Assembly (NCBI RefSeq): GCF_030028105.1 | Contig: NC_092379.1 | Span: 87,407,006 to 87,471,005, forward strand | From: Mobula birostris | Taxonomy: Eukaryota | DNA length: 64,000 nucleotides | Direction of reading: 5' to 3' | Part shown: in pieces, positions 25,823-37,185 of the stretch | How positions within the stretch are numbered: position 1 is the first letter of the stretch | How the letters are laid out: each line of letters begins with the position of its first letter | Position numbers and translations under genes: made by a program | Notes under the pieces: generated by a model | Told to the model about the DNA's origin: nothing | Seen by the model: the letters and a program-made list of their open reading frames with translations, nothing else | Database searches by the model: none

Positions 25823-27544
25823 TACCAATTGTTAGGGAGTATTCTGAAGTTATGTGAATATGGCAGATATTAAATCAACCAAGCACCAGGCTTCAGTTCT
25901 TATTGCAAATGTAGAACTGCAAACTTACATTGCAAACTTACATTAAGTAACTTAATATTGCAAACTTACATTAAGTAAGTTCAGGAAGTTTGCAGTTAGC
26001 GTCCAGGTATTTATTTTGTAAATTGCAAGCAGTAAATTGAAGTTAAAAGCACAGACTAAGAGTTTTCATATGCAAGAGTCAACATTAAAACAATTGGGTT
26101 GTGTTAATTGGCTTGCATTAAACCAGGCAACATGACTAAGTTATTTGCACCATTATGACTTGATTGCAAACTGGCAGACCAAAAAAATGTTGTCATTTAG
26201 TATATCAAACATGGTCGCAGGTATATGCAAAAACTATTGATTGCCTACTTACTATATTTGTTACTCAGAGGCAGCCCTGACAACATTAATTTGGCTCTCT
26301 GTTGTCCGGAGTTTTTAGACTACTTGTGTTAGTTGGTTTTCTCCAATGGCATTTTGACCTTCAGAGGTATCTTAACAATTACAATGTGCTTTCGCTATGC
26401 ATCTCAAAGGAACTGTTGTCATTGTAGGTAATGTCAATGTAACTATTGAAATTATATTGAATCAGCTACTGTTACCTTTGATCTTGTGGATACAAAATAT
26501 GATGTACTTTTGGGTTTTTGAGCCTCGACTGAGAATCTATCCAAAATGCTGCCTGATTGCTGTGCTGAATAAAGACTCCAATATCAGCAACTTCAGTGTC
26601 TCTCTGGTGACTGTGATCCCATTCCCAACATTTTTGTCTCTTGCAAATGCAACCTCTTAGCCTAAAGAGCATCTCGTGCTTTTAACTTCTATTTACTGCT
26701 TGTGATTTACAAAAATATACTGAAGTCTAATAAGTCTTCAATTTCTTTACATTTACAGTAAGAACTAAAGCCTAGTTGTTGTTTGAATTAATATCTGCTA
26801 TATTGACATAACTCCAGAACACTCCCTGACATCAAGAAAACAAAAGAGCTGGTCATTGACTTAAGAAAAGGGTGCAGTGCACGTGCTCCTGTCTAAATGA
26901 ATTGTGTTGCGGTTGTGAATGTTGAAAGCTTCAATTGCAACATGTGAACATTACAGATATTCTTTCCAGGTCCAACCACAAAGATACTATGGCCAATAAC
27001 TCTTACTAAACCTCTAATTCCTCAGGAGGCTAATGTAATTTGTCATGTCTCTGTAGACCCTTACCAATTTTTATTGGGGTATCTCAGAAAATTTGCTTGG
27101 TATGGCAACTGCTCTGAATGTGACTGCAAGAAACTATGGAGAATTGTGGACATAGCTCAACAATACATGGAAACCAGCCACCCTCTGTGGACTCTCTCTA
27201 CTTCTCACTGCTTCAGTAAAGCAGCCAGCATAATCAAAGATCTCACCCACCCCAGACATACTCCATTCTCCCCTCTCCCTTTGGGAAGAAGATAAAAAAG
27301 TCAGAACAATTGTACTACCAGGCTCATGGACAGCGTCTATCCAACTAATATCATTCTTTCGAATGGGTCTCTTGTTTGATAAGGAGGACTCTTCACCTCA
27401 CAATCTACATAGCTCATTATAATCTTGCACTTTATCATTTGTCTGCACTGCACTTTTTCAGTAACCCTTACACTTTATTCTGGATTGTTATTGTTTTATC
27501 TTATTCTAGCTCAATGCACACTTTGTAATGATTTGATCTGTATG

Positions 27545-27769
27545 TGTGGTAAACCATATATACGTTGTAACTGGGTTAACTGGACACACCCCTCTGCTGA
27601 CTGCCCCTGTGGCTCCTCCCACAGATTCCTGAGTAAAGATGATTTCACCTTGCCCCTCCCCCTCAGTCCAGGGACAGACACTCAGCATGGAGGTCGTATT
27701 GTACAGCGAATAAAAGCCTTTCAGTATTTTTCCCAACTTCAGTCTTTTGGAGTTATTGAAGGAGCTTCA
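27545..27769 (+). repeat. 5' LTR
   Basis: TGTGGT...CTTCA, AATAAA at 27709, aligns with 34588-34815. Confidence 0.95.
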
Positions 27770-27795
27770 ATTTTATTTGCTGTAGGTTTCAAAGC

Positions 27796-28545
27796 ATGGA
27801 ACATGCCCTGAGATCCGACAAGTTAGATCTCAACCTGCAAACGCCTGAAGCTGGAAACGCTTTTGAACTCTGGCTGGCCTGCTTCGAATCATACCTAGAA
27901 GAGATTAAAGCGACCGACCCCGTAGCGAAGCACAAAGTTCTACTCTCCAGGGTCAGTTCATGGGTCTATTCGCTGATCAGAGACCAGCCGAGCTACGATG
28001 GCGTGATGAGTGCCCTCAAAGTACAATACCTGTGGCTGATAAACAGCGTCTACGCGCGACATCGCTTAGCAACATGGCAACAACGGCCCAGGGAATCAAG
28101 TGCTGAGTTCGTCCGGGCCCTACGGACGCTCGTGCGAGCCTGCTGAGCCGGCGGCGCAGCATGCAGAACTCCTAGTGAGAGACGCCTTCATCACGGGGAC
28201 CAGGTCAGTGTACGTGCGCCAGCTGCTGTTGGAAAAAGCCGATCTTACCTTAAGTTCGGCGACCGAGCTGGCCGACACGATGGAGGCCGCTCTGCATAAC
28301 TCTGAGGCTCTCCAGGCACGCGATCCCCTGACGGCCTCATGGGTGCCGCAGGCCCCACAACCCGCCGGCGAGTCGACCTTGGCTGCCGCCAGTCACGAGT
28401 CCACAAAGTGCTTCTTCTGCGGACTCGAGAAGCACCCCCAGAAATGCTGCCCAGCTTGACAAGCTACCTGCTCCAGCTGCAGAAAGAAGGGCGACTTCGC
28501 CAAGATCTGTAAGTCCAAACCGCAAGCGGGATCGAACAGTGCTGC
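27796..28545 (+). pseudogene. gag: Gypsy gag (capsid plus two zinc knuckles)
   Basis: ARHRLATWQQRPRES..EFVRAL, LVRDAFITG, CFFCGLEKHPQKCC, CSSCRKKGDFAKIC. Frameshift and stop present. Confidence 0.9.
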
Positions 28546-28639
28546 GTGTGAGACATGGGGGCGGCCATCTTGGTTGGCGCCGCCTACGACCAACGGGTGC
28601 TCACAGGGCACCCCACCGCGCCAGACCAAGACAGCAACT

Positions 28640-31600
28640 CAACCCTGGCCTCCGTGACCCTCGACCAAAGCACTCCCCACCAGCTCACAAAGTCAATGAT
28701 GGACATCCTGGTGGAGGGGTGCAGGACGAGCTGCCTGTTTGACACAGGCAGCACGGAGAGTTTTATCCACCCGGACATGGTGCAGCATTGTGGACTCGTG
28801 ATACGGCCGGTAAGTCAGAGGGTCACCATGGCTTCCGGGTTGCATGCAACAGGCATCCAGGGGAGTTGTGTAGCGACGCTAGTGGTGCAGGGCACAGAAT
28901 ACAGAGATTTTCTGTTACTAGTCATGCCTCAGCTCTGTGTCCCTGTGCTACTGGGGCTCGACTTCCAGAGCCACCTGAAAAGCGTGACAATGAAGTATGA
29001 TGGGCCCGTCCCACCAATTACTGTCATAAATCCCTAGTTTTGTAGGGATACGTCACATACCCCGCTACTGACCACACAAACACACCGACCCGCACATCCC
29101 ACCCAACACCATGCCAACTACCACACTACCGACGTCACTTGTGGCCTCTCCACCCTCAAGATCCCTCCCCCACCGCTGTTCACCAACCTGACCCCCGAAT
29201 GTAAACCTGTGGCAACTAAAAGCAGGAGGTACAGCACGGGGGACAGAGCTTTCATTAAGTCGGAGGTGCAGCGGCTGCTCAGGGAGGGGGTCATTGAGGC
29301 AAGCACAAGTCCTTGGAGGGCGCAGGTGGTTGTTCAAACAGGGAGAAGAATAGGATGGTCGTGGACTATAGCCAGACCATCAATAGGTTCACGCAGCTCG
29401 ACGCGTACCCTCTACCCTGCATCACGGATATGGTCATCAGACAGCCCAGTACAAGGGTACTCGACCATAGACCTAAAATCCGCTTACCATCAGCTCCCCA
29501 TCCGCCGGGAGGACCGCCCTTACATCGCCTTCGAGGCGGACGGCAGGCTTGATCAATTCCTGCGCATCCCCTTCGGTGTCATGGTCTTCCAGAGGGCAAT
29601 GGACCAGATGGTGGACCAGTTCCAACTGAAGGCCAGGTTCTCATATCTGGATAACATCACCATCTGTGGTCACGACCAGCAGGATCACGACAACAACCTC
29701 CAAAAACTTCTCTAAGCGGCCAGAGCTTTCAATCTCACCTATAATCCTAGGGGGACCAATATCCTGGCAGGGAGATTAGCGAGGGCTACTGAGGTGACTT
29801 TAAACTAGAATGGTTGGGGAGTGGGAACCAAATTAAAGAGGCTAGGCGAGAGGAGGTTAGTTCACAACAGAGGGATAGGAATCAGTGCAGAGAGACAGAG
29901 GGATGTAAAATGAGGGTAGAAGCAAAAGTAGTAAGGTGAAAAGTAAAAGTGGCAGGCCGACAAATCCAGGGCAAGAATCAAAAAGAGCCACTTTTCAACA
30001 TAATTGTATAAGGGCTAAGAGTGTTGTAAAAGCAAGCCTGAAGGCTTTGTGTGTCAATGCAAGGAGCATTTGTAACAAGGTGGATGAATTAAAAGTGCAG
30101 ATTGTTATTAATGAATATGATATAGTTGGCATCACAGAGACGTGGCTCCAGGTGACCAAGGATGGGAGCTCAACATTCAGGGATATTCAATATTCAGGAG
30201 GGATAGACATGAAAGAAAAGGAGGTGGGGTGGTGTTGCTGGTTAGAGAGGAGATTAACGCAATAGAAAGGAAGGGCCTAAGCCAGGAGGATGTGGAATCG
30301 ATATGGGTAGAGCTGCATAACACTAAGGGGCAGAAAACGCTGGTGGGAGTTGTGTACAGGCCACCTAACAGTAGTATTGAGGTTGGGGATGGTATTAAAC
30401 AGGAAATTAGAAATGTGTGTGATAAAAGAACAGCAGTTATAATGGGTGACTTCAATCTACATGTAGATTGGGTGAACCAAATTGGTAAGGGTGCTGAGGA
30501 AGAGGATTTCTTGGAATGTATGCAAGATGGTTTTTTGAACCAACATGTCGAGGAACCAACTAGAGAGCAGGCTATTCTAGACTGGGTATTGAGCAATGAG
30601 AAAGGGTTAATTAGCAATCCTGTCGTGAGAGGCACCTTGGGTAAGAGTGACCATAATATGATGGAATTCTTCATTAAGATGGAGAGTGACATAGTTAATT
30701 CAGAAACAAAGATTCTGAACTTAAAGAGGAGTAACTTTGAAGGTATGAGACGTGAGTTAGCTAAGATAGACTGGCAATTGACACTTAGAGTGTTGACGGT
30801 GGATATGCAATGGCAAGCATTGAAAGATCACATGGATGAACTACAACAATTGCATCCCAGTTTGGCAAAAGAATAAATTAAGGAAGATAGTGCACCCGTG
30901 GCTGACAAGGGAAATTAGGGATAGTATCAATTCCAAAGAAGAAGCATACAAATTAGCCAGAAAAAGTGGCTCACCTGAGGACTGGGAGAAATTCAGAGAT
31001 CAGCTGAGGAGGACAAAAGGCTTAATTAGGAAGGGGAAAAAAGATTATGAGAGAAAACTGGCAGGGAACATAAAAACTGACTGTAAAAGCTTTTATAGAT
31101 ATGTGAAAAGAAAAAGATTGGTTAAGACAAATGTAGGTCCCCTACAGACAAAAACAGGTGAATTGACTATGGGGAGCAAGGACATGGCAGACCAATTGAA
31201 TAATTACTTTGGTTCTGTCTTCACTAAGGAGGATATAAATAATCTTCCGGAAATAGTAGGGGACAGAGGGTCCAGTGAGATGGAGGAACTAAGGGAAATA
31301 CATGTTAGTAGGGAAGTGGTGTTAGGTAAACTGAAGGGATTAAAGACAGATAAATCCCTAGGGCCAGATGGTCTGCACCCAGAGTGCTTAAGGAAGTAGC
31401 CCAAGAAATAGTGGATGCATTAGTGATAATTTTTCAAAACTCTTTAGATTCTGGACTATTTCCTGAGGATTGGAGGGTGGCTAATGTAACCCCACTTTTT
31501 AAAAAAGGAGGGAGGGAGAAACCGGGGAATTATAGACTGGTTAGCCTAACATCGGTGGTGGGGAAACTGCTGGAGTCAGTTATCAAAGATGTGATAACAG

Positions 31601-33180
31601 CACATTTGGAAAGCGGTGAAATGATCGGACAAAGTCAGCATGGATTTGTGAAAGGAAAATCATGTCTGACGAATCTCATAGAATTTTTTGAGGATGTAAC
31701 TAGTAGAGTGGATAGGGGAGAACCAGTGGATGTGGTATATTTGGATTTTCAGAAGGCTTTTGACAAGGTCCCACACAGGAGATTAGTGTGCAAACTTAAA
31801 GCTCACGGTATTGGGGGTAAGGTATTGATGTGGATAGAGAATTGGTTAGCAGACAGGAAGCAAAAAGTGGGAATAAACGGGGCCTTTACTGAATGGCAGG
31901 CAGTGACTAGTGGGGTACCGCAAGGCTCAGTGCTGGGACCCCAGTTGTTTACAATATATATTGATGACTTAGATGAGGGAATTAAATGCAGCATCTCCAA
32001 GTTTGCGGATGACACGAGCTGGGCGGCAGTGCTAGCTGTGAGGAGGATGCTAAGAGGATGCAGGGTAACTGGGATAGGTTAGGTGAGTGGGCCTATGAAT
32101 TCATGGCAGATGCAATTTAATGTGGATAAATGTGAAGTTATCCACTTTGGTGGCAAAAACAGGAAAACAGATTATTATCTGAATGGATTCCGATTAGGAA
32201 AAGGGGAGGTGCAACGAGACCTGGATGTCATTATACACCAGTCATTGAAAGTGGGCATGCAGGTACAGCAGGCGGTGAAAAAGGCGAATGGTATGCTGGC
32301 ATTTATAGCAAGAGGATTCGAGTACAGGAGCAGGGATGTACTACTGCAGTTGTACAAGGCCTTGGTGAGACCACATCTGGAGTATTGTGTGCAGTTTTGG
32401 TCCCCTAATCTGAGGAAAGACATCCTTGCCATAGAGGGAGTACAAAGAAGGTTCACCAGATTGATTCCTGGGATGACAGGACTTTCACATGATGAAAGAC
32501 TGGATGAACTAGGCTTATACTCGTTGGAATTTAGAAGATTGAGGGGGGATCTGATTGAAACGTATAAAATCCTAAAGGGATTTTGACAGGCTAGATGCAA
32601 GAAGATTGTTCCCGATGTTGGGGAAGTCCAGAACGAGGGGTCACAGTTTGAAGATAAAGAGGAAGCCTTTTAGGACTGAGATTAGGAAAAACTTCTTCTC
32701 CCAGAGAGTGGTGAATCTGTGGAATTCTCTGCCACAGGAAACAGTTGAGGCCAGTTCATTGGCTATATTTAAGAGGGAGCTAGATATGGCCCTTGTGGCT
32801 AAAGGGATCAGGGGGTAAGGAGGGAAGGCTGGTACAGGGTTCTGAGTTGGATGATCAGCCATGATCATACTGAATGGCGGTGCAATCTTTAAGGGCCGAA
32901 TGGCCTACTCTTGCACCTATTTTCTATGTTTCTATAACAAGGACGAGTGTGTCTTCGGGAACACCCGACTTACTATCCTTGGGTGTGTTGTGAAGAACGG
33001 AGTCATTGGCCCTGACCCCGACCGTATGCGCCCCCTGTTGGAACTCCCTCTTCCCAACACCCTCAGAGCCCACAAAAGATCCCTGGGATTCTTTTCATAC
33101 TACACCCAATGGGTCTCTAATTACGCAGACAAGGCCCGCCCCCTGGTCAAGTCCACCACATTCCCCCTCTCAGCCGAGGT
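28640..33180 (+). pseudogene. pol: Gypsy pol: aspartic protease and RT, interrupted by CR1 at 29745-32935
   Basis: CLFDTGSTESFI, STSPWRAQV, RMVVDYSQTINRFTQLDAYPLP, IDLKSAYHQ, IPFG, YLDN. FNLTY|NKDECVF rejoins across the insert. Confidence 0.95.
29745..32935 (+). mobile_element. CR1 LINE (subfamily B) nested in the Gypsy RT
   Basis: End of ORF1, APE (GITETW, YRPP, GDFN, SDHN), RT ([15 protein letters not shown]), tail ttttctatgtttctat. TSD CTATAA at 29739-29744 / 32932-32937. Confidence 0.97.
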
Positions 33181-34520
33181 TCACCCTGCTAACTGACCAG
33201 CACTCAGTCGCGTTCATGTTTAATAACCAACAGCGGAGCAAAATCAAAAATGATGAATTTCTGAGGTGGAGAATTGAACTCTCCACCTTCAACTATGACA
33301 TCATGTGCAGGCCTGGGAAGCTCAACGAGCCCTCTGATGCCCTCTTCCAGAGAACGTGCGCCAGCGCGCAGATTGACTGGCTATATGTCCTACATGTAGG
33401 TCTTTGCCTCCCGGGGGTCACCCGGCTTTTCGACTTTGTGAAAGCCCAGAACCTGCCTTACTCCCTTGAGGAGATCAGGACGATGACCAGGGACTGCCAA
33501 GTCTGCGCAGAGTACAAACCGCACTTCTACCGACCCGAAAAGGCACAACTCATCAAGGCCACCCGCCCCTTTGAGCGACCGAGTGTTGACTTTAAGGGCC
33601 CCCTTCCCTCCACCGACCACAATGTGTACTTTCTTAACGTTATCGATGAGTACTCGTGGTTCCCCTTCGCCATCCCCAGCCCCGACACCACTACCATGTC
33701 AGTTATAAAAGCCCTGTGCAAGCTCTTCACTCTGTTCGGATACCCATGCAATATCCACAGTGACAGAGGGTCCTCGTTTATGAGTGACGAGCTGCGCCAA
33801 TACCTACTGGCTAGGGGAATTGCAACTAGTAGGACCACGAGCTATAATCCCCGAGGGAATGGACAGGTGGAGAAGGAGAATGCCACAGTGTGGAAAGCCA
33901 CACTCTTAGCCCTCAGGTCAAAGGGACTGCCGGTCTCCCGTTGGCAGGAGGTTATTCCCGAGGCACTCCACTCCATCGGCTCCCTGTTACGCACGTGCAC
34001 CAATGCCACCCCTCATGAGCGGCTCTTTTCTTTTCCCAGAAAGTCGACCACTGGAACCACCCTACCAACTTGGCTGATGTCCCCGGGGCCAGTGCTGCTC
34101 CGGAAACATGCGAGGAGCAATAAATACTCCCCGATAGTCGAGAGGTTTCACTTACTTCATGCGAACCCCCAGTATGCCTATGTGGTTTTACCTGATGGGT
34201 GGGAGGGCACGGTCTCCATCTGCGACCTGGCGCCCGCAGGAGAACCGGGCCCCTACCCTGAACACTCCGTGGTGACTATTGACCCCGTACCCACCAATAT
34301 ATATACCCACGAGACACCGTGCACTCCAAGCCCTACACCGACACCACACGACACTTCCATACCAGGCGCGATGCACACGCACGAGGGATTACCAACGTCT
34401 AACGTGCTGGCACCTCAAGTCAGGCCGGAGCCAGCAGAACCAACGTCGCCAATACAATCACCAGCGGTGCTACGTAGATCACAGCGACGGACTCGACCGC
34501 CTGATAGACTTGACTGTAAA
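33180..34520 (+). pseudogene. Gypsy RNase H C-terminal tip and integrase
   Basis: RFTLLTDQHSV..RWRIELS. Degenerate HHCC (LHVGLCLPG..CQVC). DDE triad VDFKG / HSDRG / GQVEKEN. C-terminal LRRSQRRTRPPDRL. Confidence 0.95.
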
Positions 34521-34569
34521 TATACTTGTTTAAATATTGTCAGTCACCTCACCCCACAGGACTCTTTTT

Positions 34570-34587
34570 AAAAAAAGAAGGGGTGAA
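34570..34587 (+). other. Polypurine tract
   Basis: aaaaaaagaaggggtgaa immediately before the 3' LTR. Confidence 0.85.
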
Positions 34588-34815
34588 TGTGGTAAACCAT
34601 ATATATGTTGTAACTGGGTTAACTGTCTGGACACGCCCCTCTGTTGGCTGCCCCGGTGGCTCCTCTCATAGAGTCCCGTATAAAAGTGTTTTGCCTTGCC
34701 TCTCCCCGTCAGTCCGGGGGCAGACACTCACCATGGAGGTCGTATTGTACAGTGAATAAAAGCCTTTTAGTATTTTACCCAACTTCAGTTTTTTGGAGTT
34801 ATTGAAGGAGCTTCT
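34588..34815 (+). repeat. 3' LTR
   Basis: Copy of the 5' LTR. TATAAAA at 34679, Inr-like TCAGT near 34709, AATAAA at 34755. Confidence 0.95.
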
Positions 34816-35839
34816 GTACGAACAGTATACCAGGCAACGATTTCACTATACCTTGGTACATGCGACAATAGTAAACCAATACCAGTACCAACAAACTCCA
34901 CTCCTCCCTCTAGTATATGTCACTATGCAAATCACTCTCTAGATCTGTTCTCACTTGTCATAAATTTCTTGAACTCATTATCTTCAATTTGCCTATGTTT
35001 CGATCATACTTCTATGAATCACCTAGAAAAAACTGACTGCGCTAATGATTGCTGAAGATTACCATATCGGCTTATTTTCATAATTGCATTAATTTAGAGA
35101 CTATTAGTTTCCGTTTAGAAATATTTTGCAATTGAATTAAAGAAAGTACAATGGATGTTGATAAATTTGTAGTAAAATTTGGTAAATGCTTGTAACTAAG
35201 CGAACTAAGGTTTGTATAAAGGAGAAAAATTACTGACCCAAAATACTTACATTGCGTTTCTTTGCAAAGATGATGCTTGACCCAGTGAGCATTTTTTTTG
35301 TTAAACTGTGACAAGGGAAGTGGCTCCAAATAAGTAAAATGCATGAACAATATGAGGTGTCGTTCCCTTCTTTTTCTAATATGCAGAGTAGAATTATACT
35401 TAGCACAGTATAGATGATCTACCACATTTAGTGACTACTGCAAAGGCAGCATAGAATAACTACTTTTCTTTAAGGAACTTGTTAGAGAATATAACGGAAG
35501 TAATAATAAATATCATTCACTGATGAGAATTTGACATTTTCTTGTAGCAGTCCCTGTGTACATTAGACCTGCATTGAATTTTCTTAAATCTACATTGGTT
35601 CATATCTTCAATGAGCTGATCTGAAATGCCTGACTTCTGTAGCATGCAGTTTAATGAGGCCTATACTTAAAAGTTCATTTTCTGTTAATTATTTCCATCT
35701 ATGTTCTCTGCATGGTTCATTGGACAATGGTGCTGTCCTTTTACAAATAAAAGTGATGAAAAATTTTTTTAAAAGGTACATGAGTACCAGAGAGGAGGAA
35801 TTGGAGGCCTTAAAACCATTAAGGTATAGTAAATCATAA

Positions 35840-37185
35840 GTAAATGGATAAACTATCATAAGTCATAAATTAAGCATAAATCCCAGGACCTGAACTGATG
35901 CATTCTTAGACCATGTGGAAAGCTAGACAAGAAATTACAGAGACCCTCGCAGAGCTTTTTGCTTTATATTTGGCCACTTGTGAGATTCCAGAGGACTGTA
36001 GAGAAGTTCATGTGGTACCATGCAAAAACAGGGCAATCGAGAGGATAGATGAAGGGTAGGGTAGTGGAAGTTGACAAGATGGAATGTAGCAACGCCTTTA
36101 TCAAGGTACCTCCTGACAGGCTAGTCTAGAAGATTAGATCCCATGGGACCAAGGGGGAGATAATGGATTGGATTTATTGTTAGCTCACTGGTAGGAAGCA
36201 GAAGGTGATGATTGGGGGTTGTCTCTCAGATTGCCAGGGGCTAGTGGTGTGCCACAGGATCAGTGGTTGACTTTTGTTATTTGTAATTCATAGGAACAAT
36301 ATAGATGTAAGCATAGGGCCTGGCTGGTAAATTTGTGGATGGTACCAAAAAAGATGGTCACAGAGGGATCTTGATCAGCTAGGTGCGTGGGCTGAGGATT
36401 AGCCAATGGCTTTCAATCCGTATAAATGTGAAGTATTGCATTTTGGGAGATCAAACCAGGGTAGGATTTATGCAGTGAATGGTAGAGCCATGGGGACTAT
36501 TATGTAACAGAAAGACAGTGAAAAGTACTATGGGTGTATAGTTTGTTGGTAGTTAAAGTGGTGAAGAAACCATCTAACATGCCACTCATCATCAATCATG
36601 GCACGGAATATTGGAGTTGGGAAGTTTTAATGTAGTTATATAAGACATTTAGGAGGTTGAATGTTGAGTATTGTGTACAGCTTTGGTAACACGATCATAG
36701 GAAGAATGTTATCTGACTAGAAAGAGTGCAGAAAAGATTTACCAATATGTTGTCTGGATTTGGGGACCTGAGTTACAAGGAGAGTTTGCACAGTGTAAGA
36801 ATTTATTCCTTGGAAAATAGGAGACTGAGGGCTGAACTACAGAGGTATATAAGATTATAAGGGGCATAGACATGGTGAAAACACAGAGTTTTTTTTTCCC
36901 AGGGAGGGGGATGCTCAAAATAAGAGGGCATAGGTTTAAGATCAGGGGTGAGAGAGTTAAAAGGGACATCAAGCAGAGTGTGGTGTGTATTTGGAAAGAG
37001 CTACCAGAAATAGTATTTGAGGCAGATACATTAGCAACATTTAAAAACCATCTGGCTAAGTACATGGATAGACGTCTGGAGGCTGCACGACAACGCAGAT
37101 AGACCAGCTTACTGGGCAGTGCAGTGGCACAGATAAGTTGGGGTGAGGGGCTTGTTTCTATGCTGCATCAGTCTACGACTCTCTG
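35840..37185 (+). mobile_element. Old degraded CR1 LINE (RT and 3' end)
   Basis: aaatcccaggacctga, aaatgtgaagtattgcattttggg, RGHRFKIRGER..WKELP. Confidence 0.85.

Larger units (their letters stand above)
27545..34815 (+). mobile_element. Ty3/Gypsy LTR retrotransposon (Mag-like), two LTRs, decayed
   Basis: Paired LTRs, gag-PR-RT-(RH)-IN order, PPT, 5-bp TSD GTATG (27540-27544) / GTACG (34816-34820). Confidence 0.97.
26810..34890 (+). mobile_element. Old Rex1/Babar 3' part (26810-27544 and 34816-34890), host of the Gypsy insertion
   Basis: KTKELVID, AWYGNCS..CKKL, AASIIKDLTHP..FSPLPLGRR. The 3' UTR resumes after the 3' LTR and ends gtaaaccaataccagtacc. Confidence 0.85.

Noticed and set aside
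33006-34571. 521-aa ORF as an intact or domesticated gene
   Set aside because: It is Gypsy integrase with an out-of-frame N-terminus created by the RNase H deletion, and its HHCC motif is damaged.
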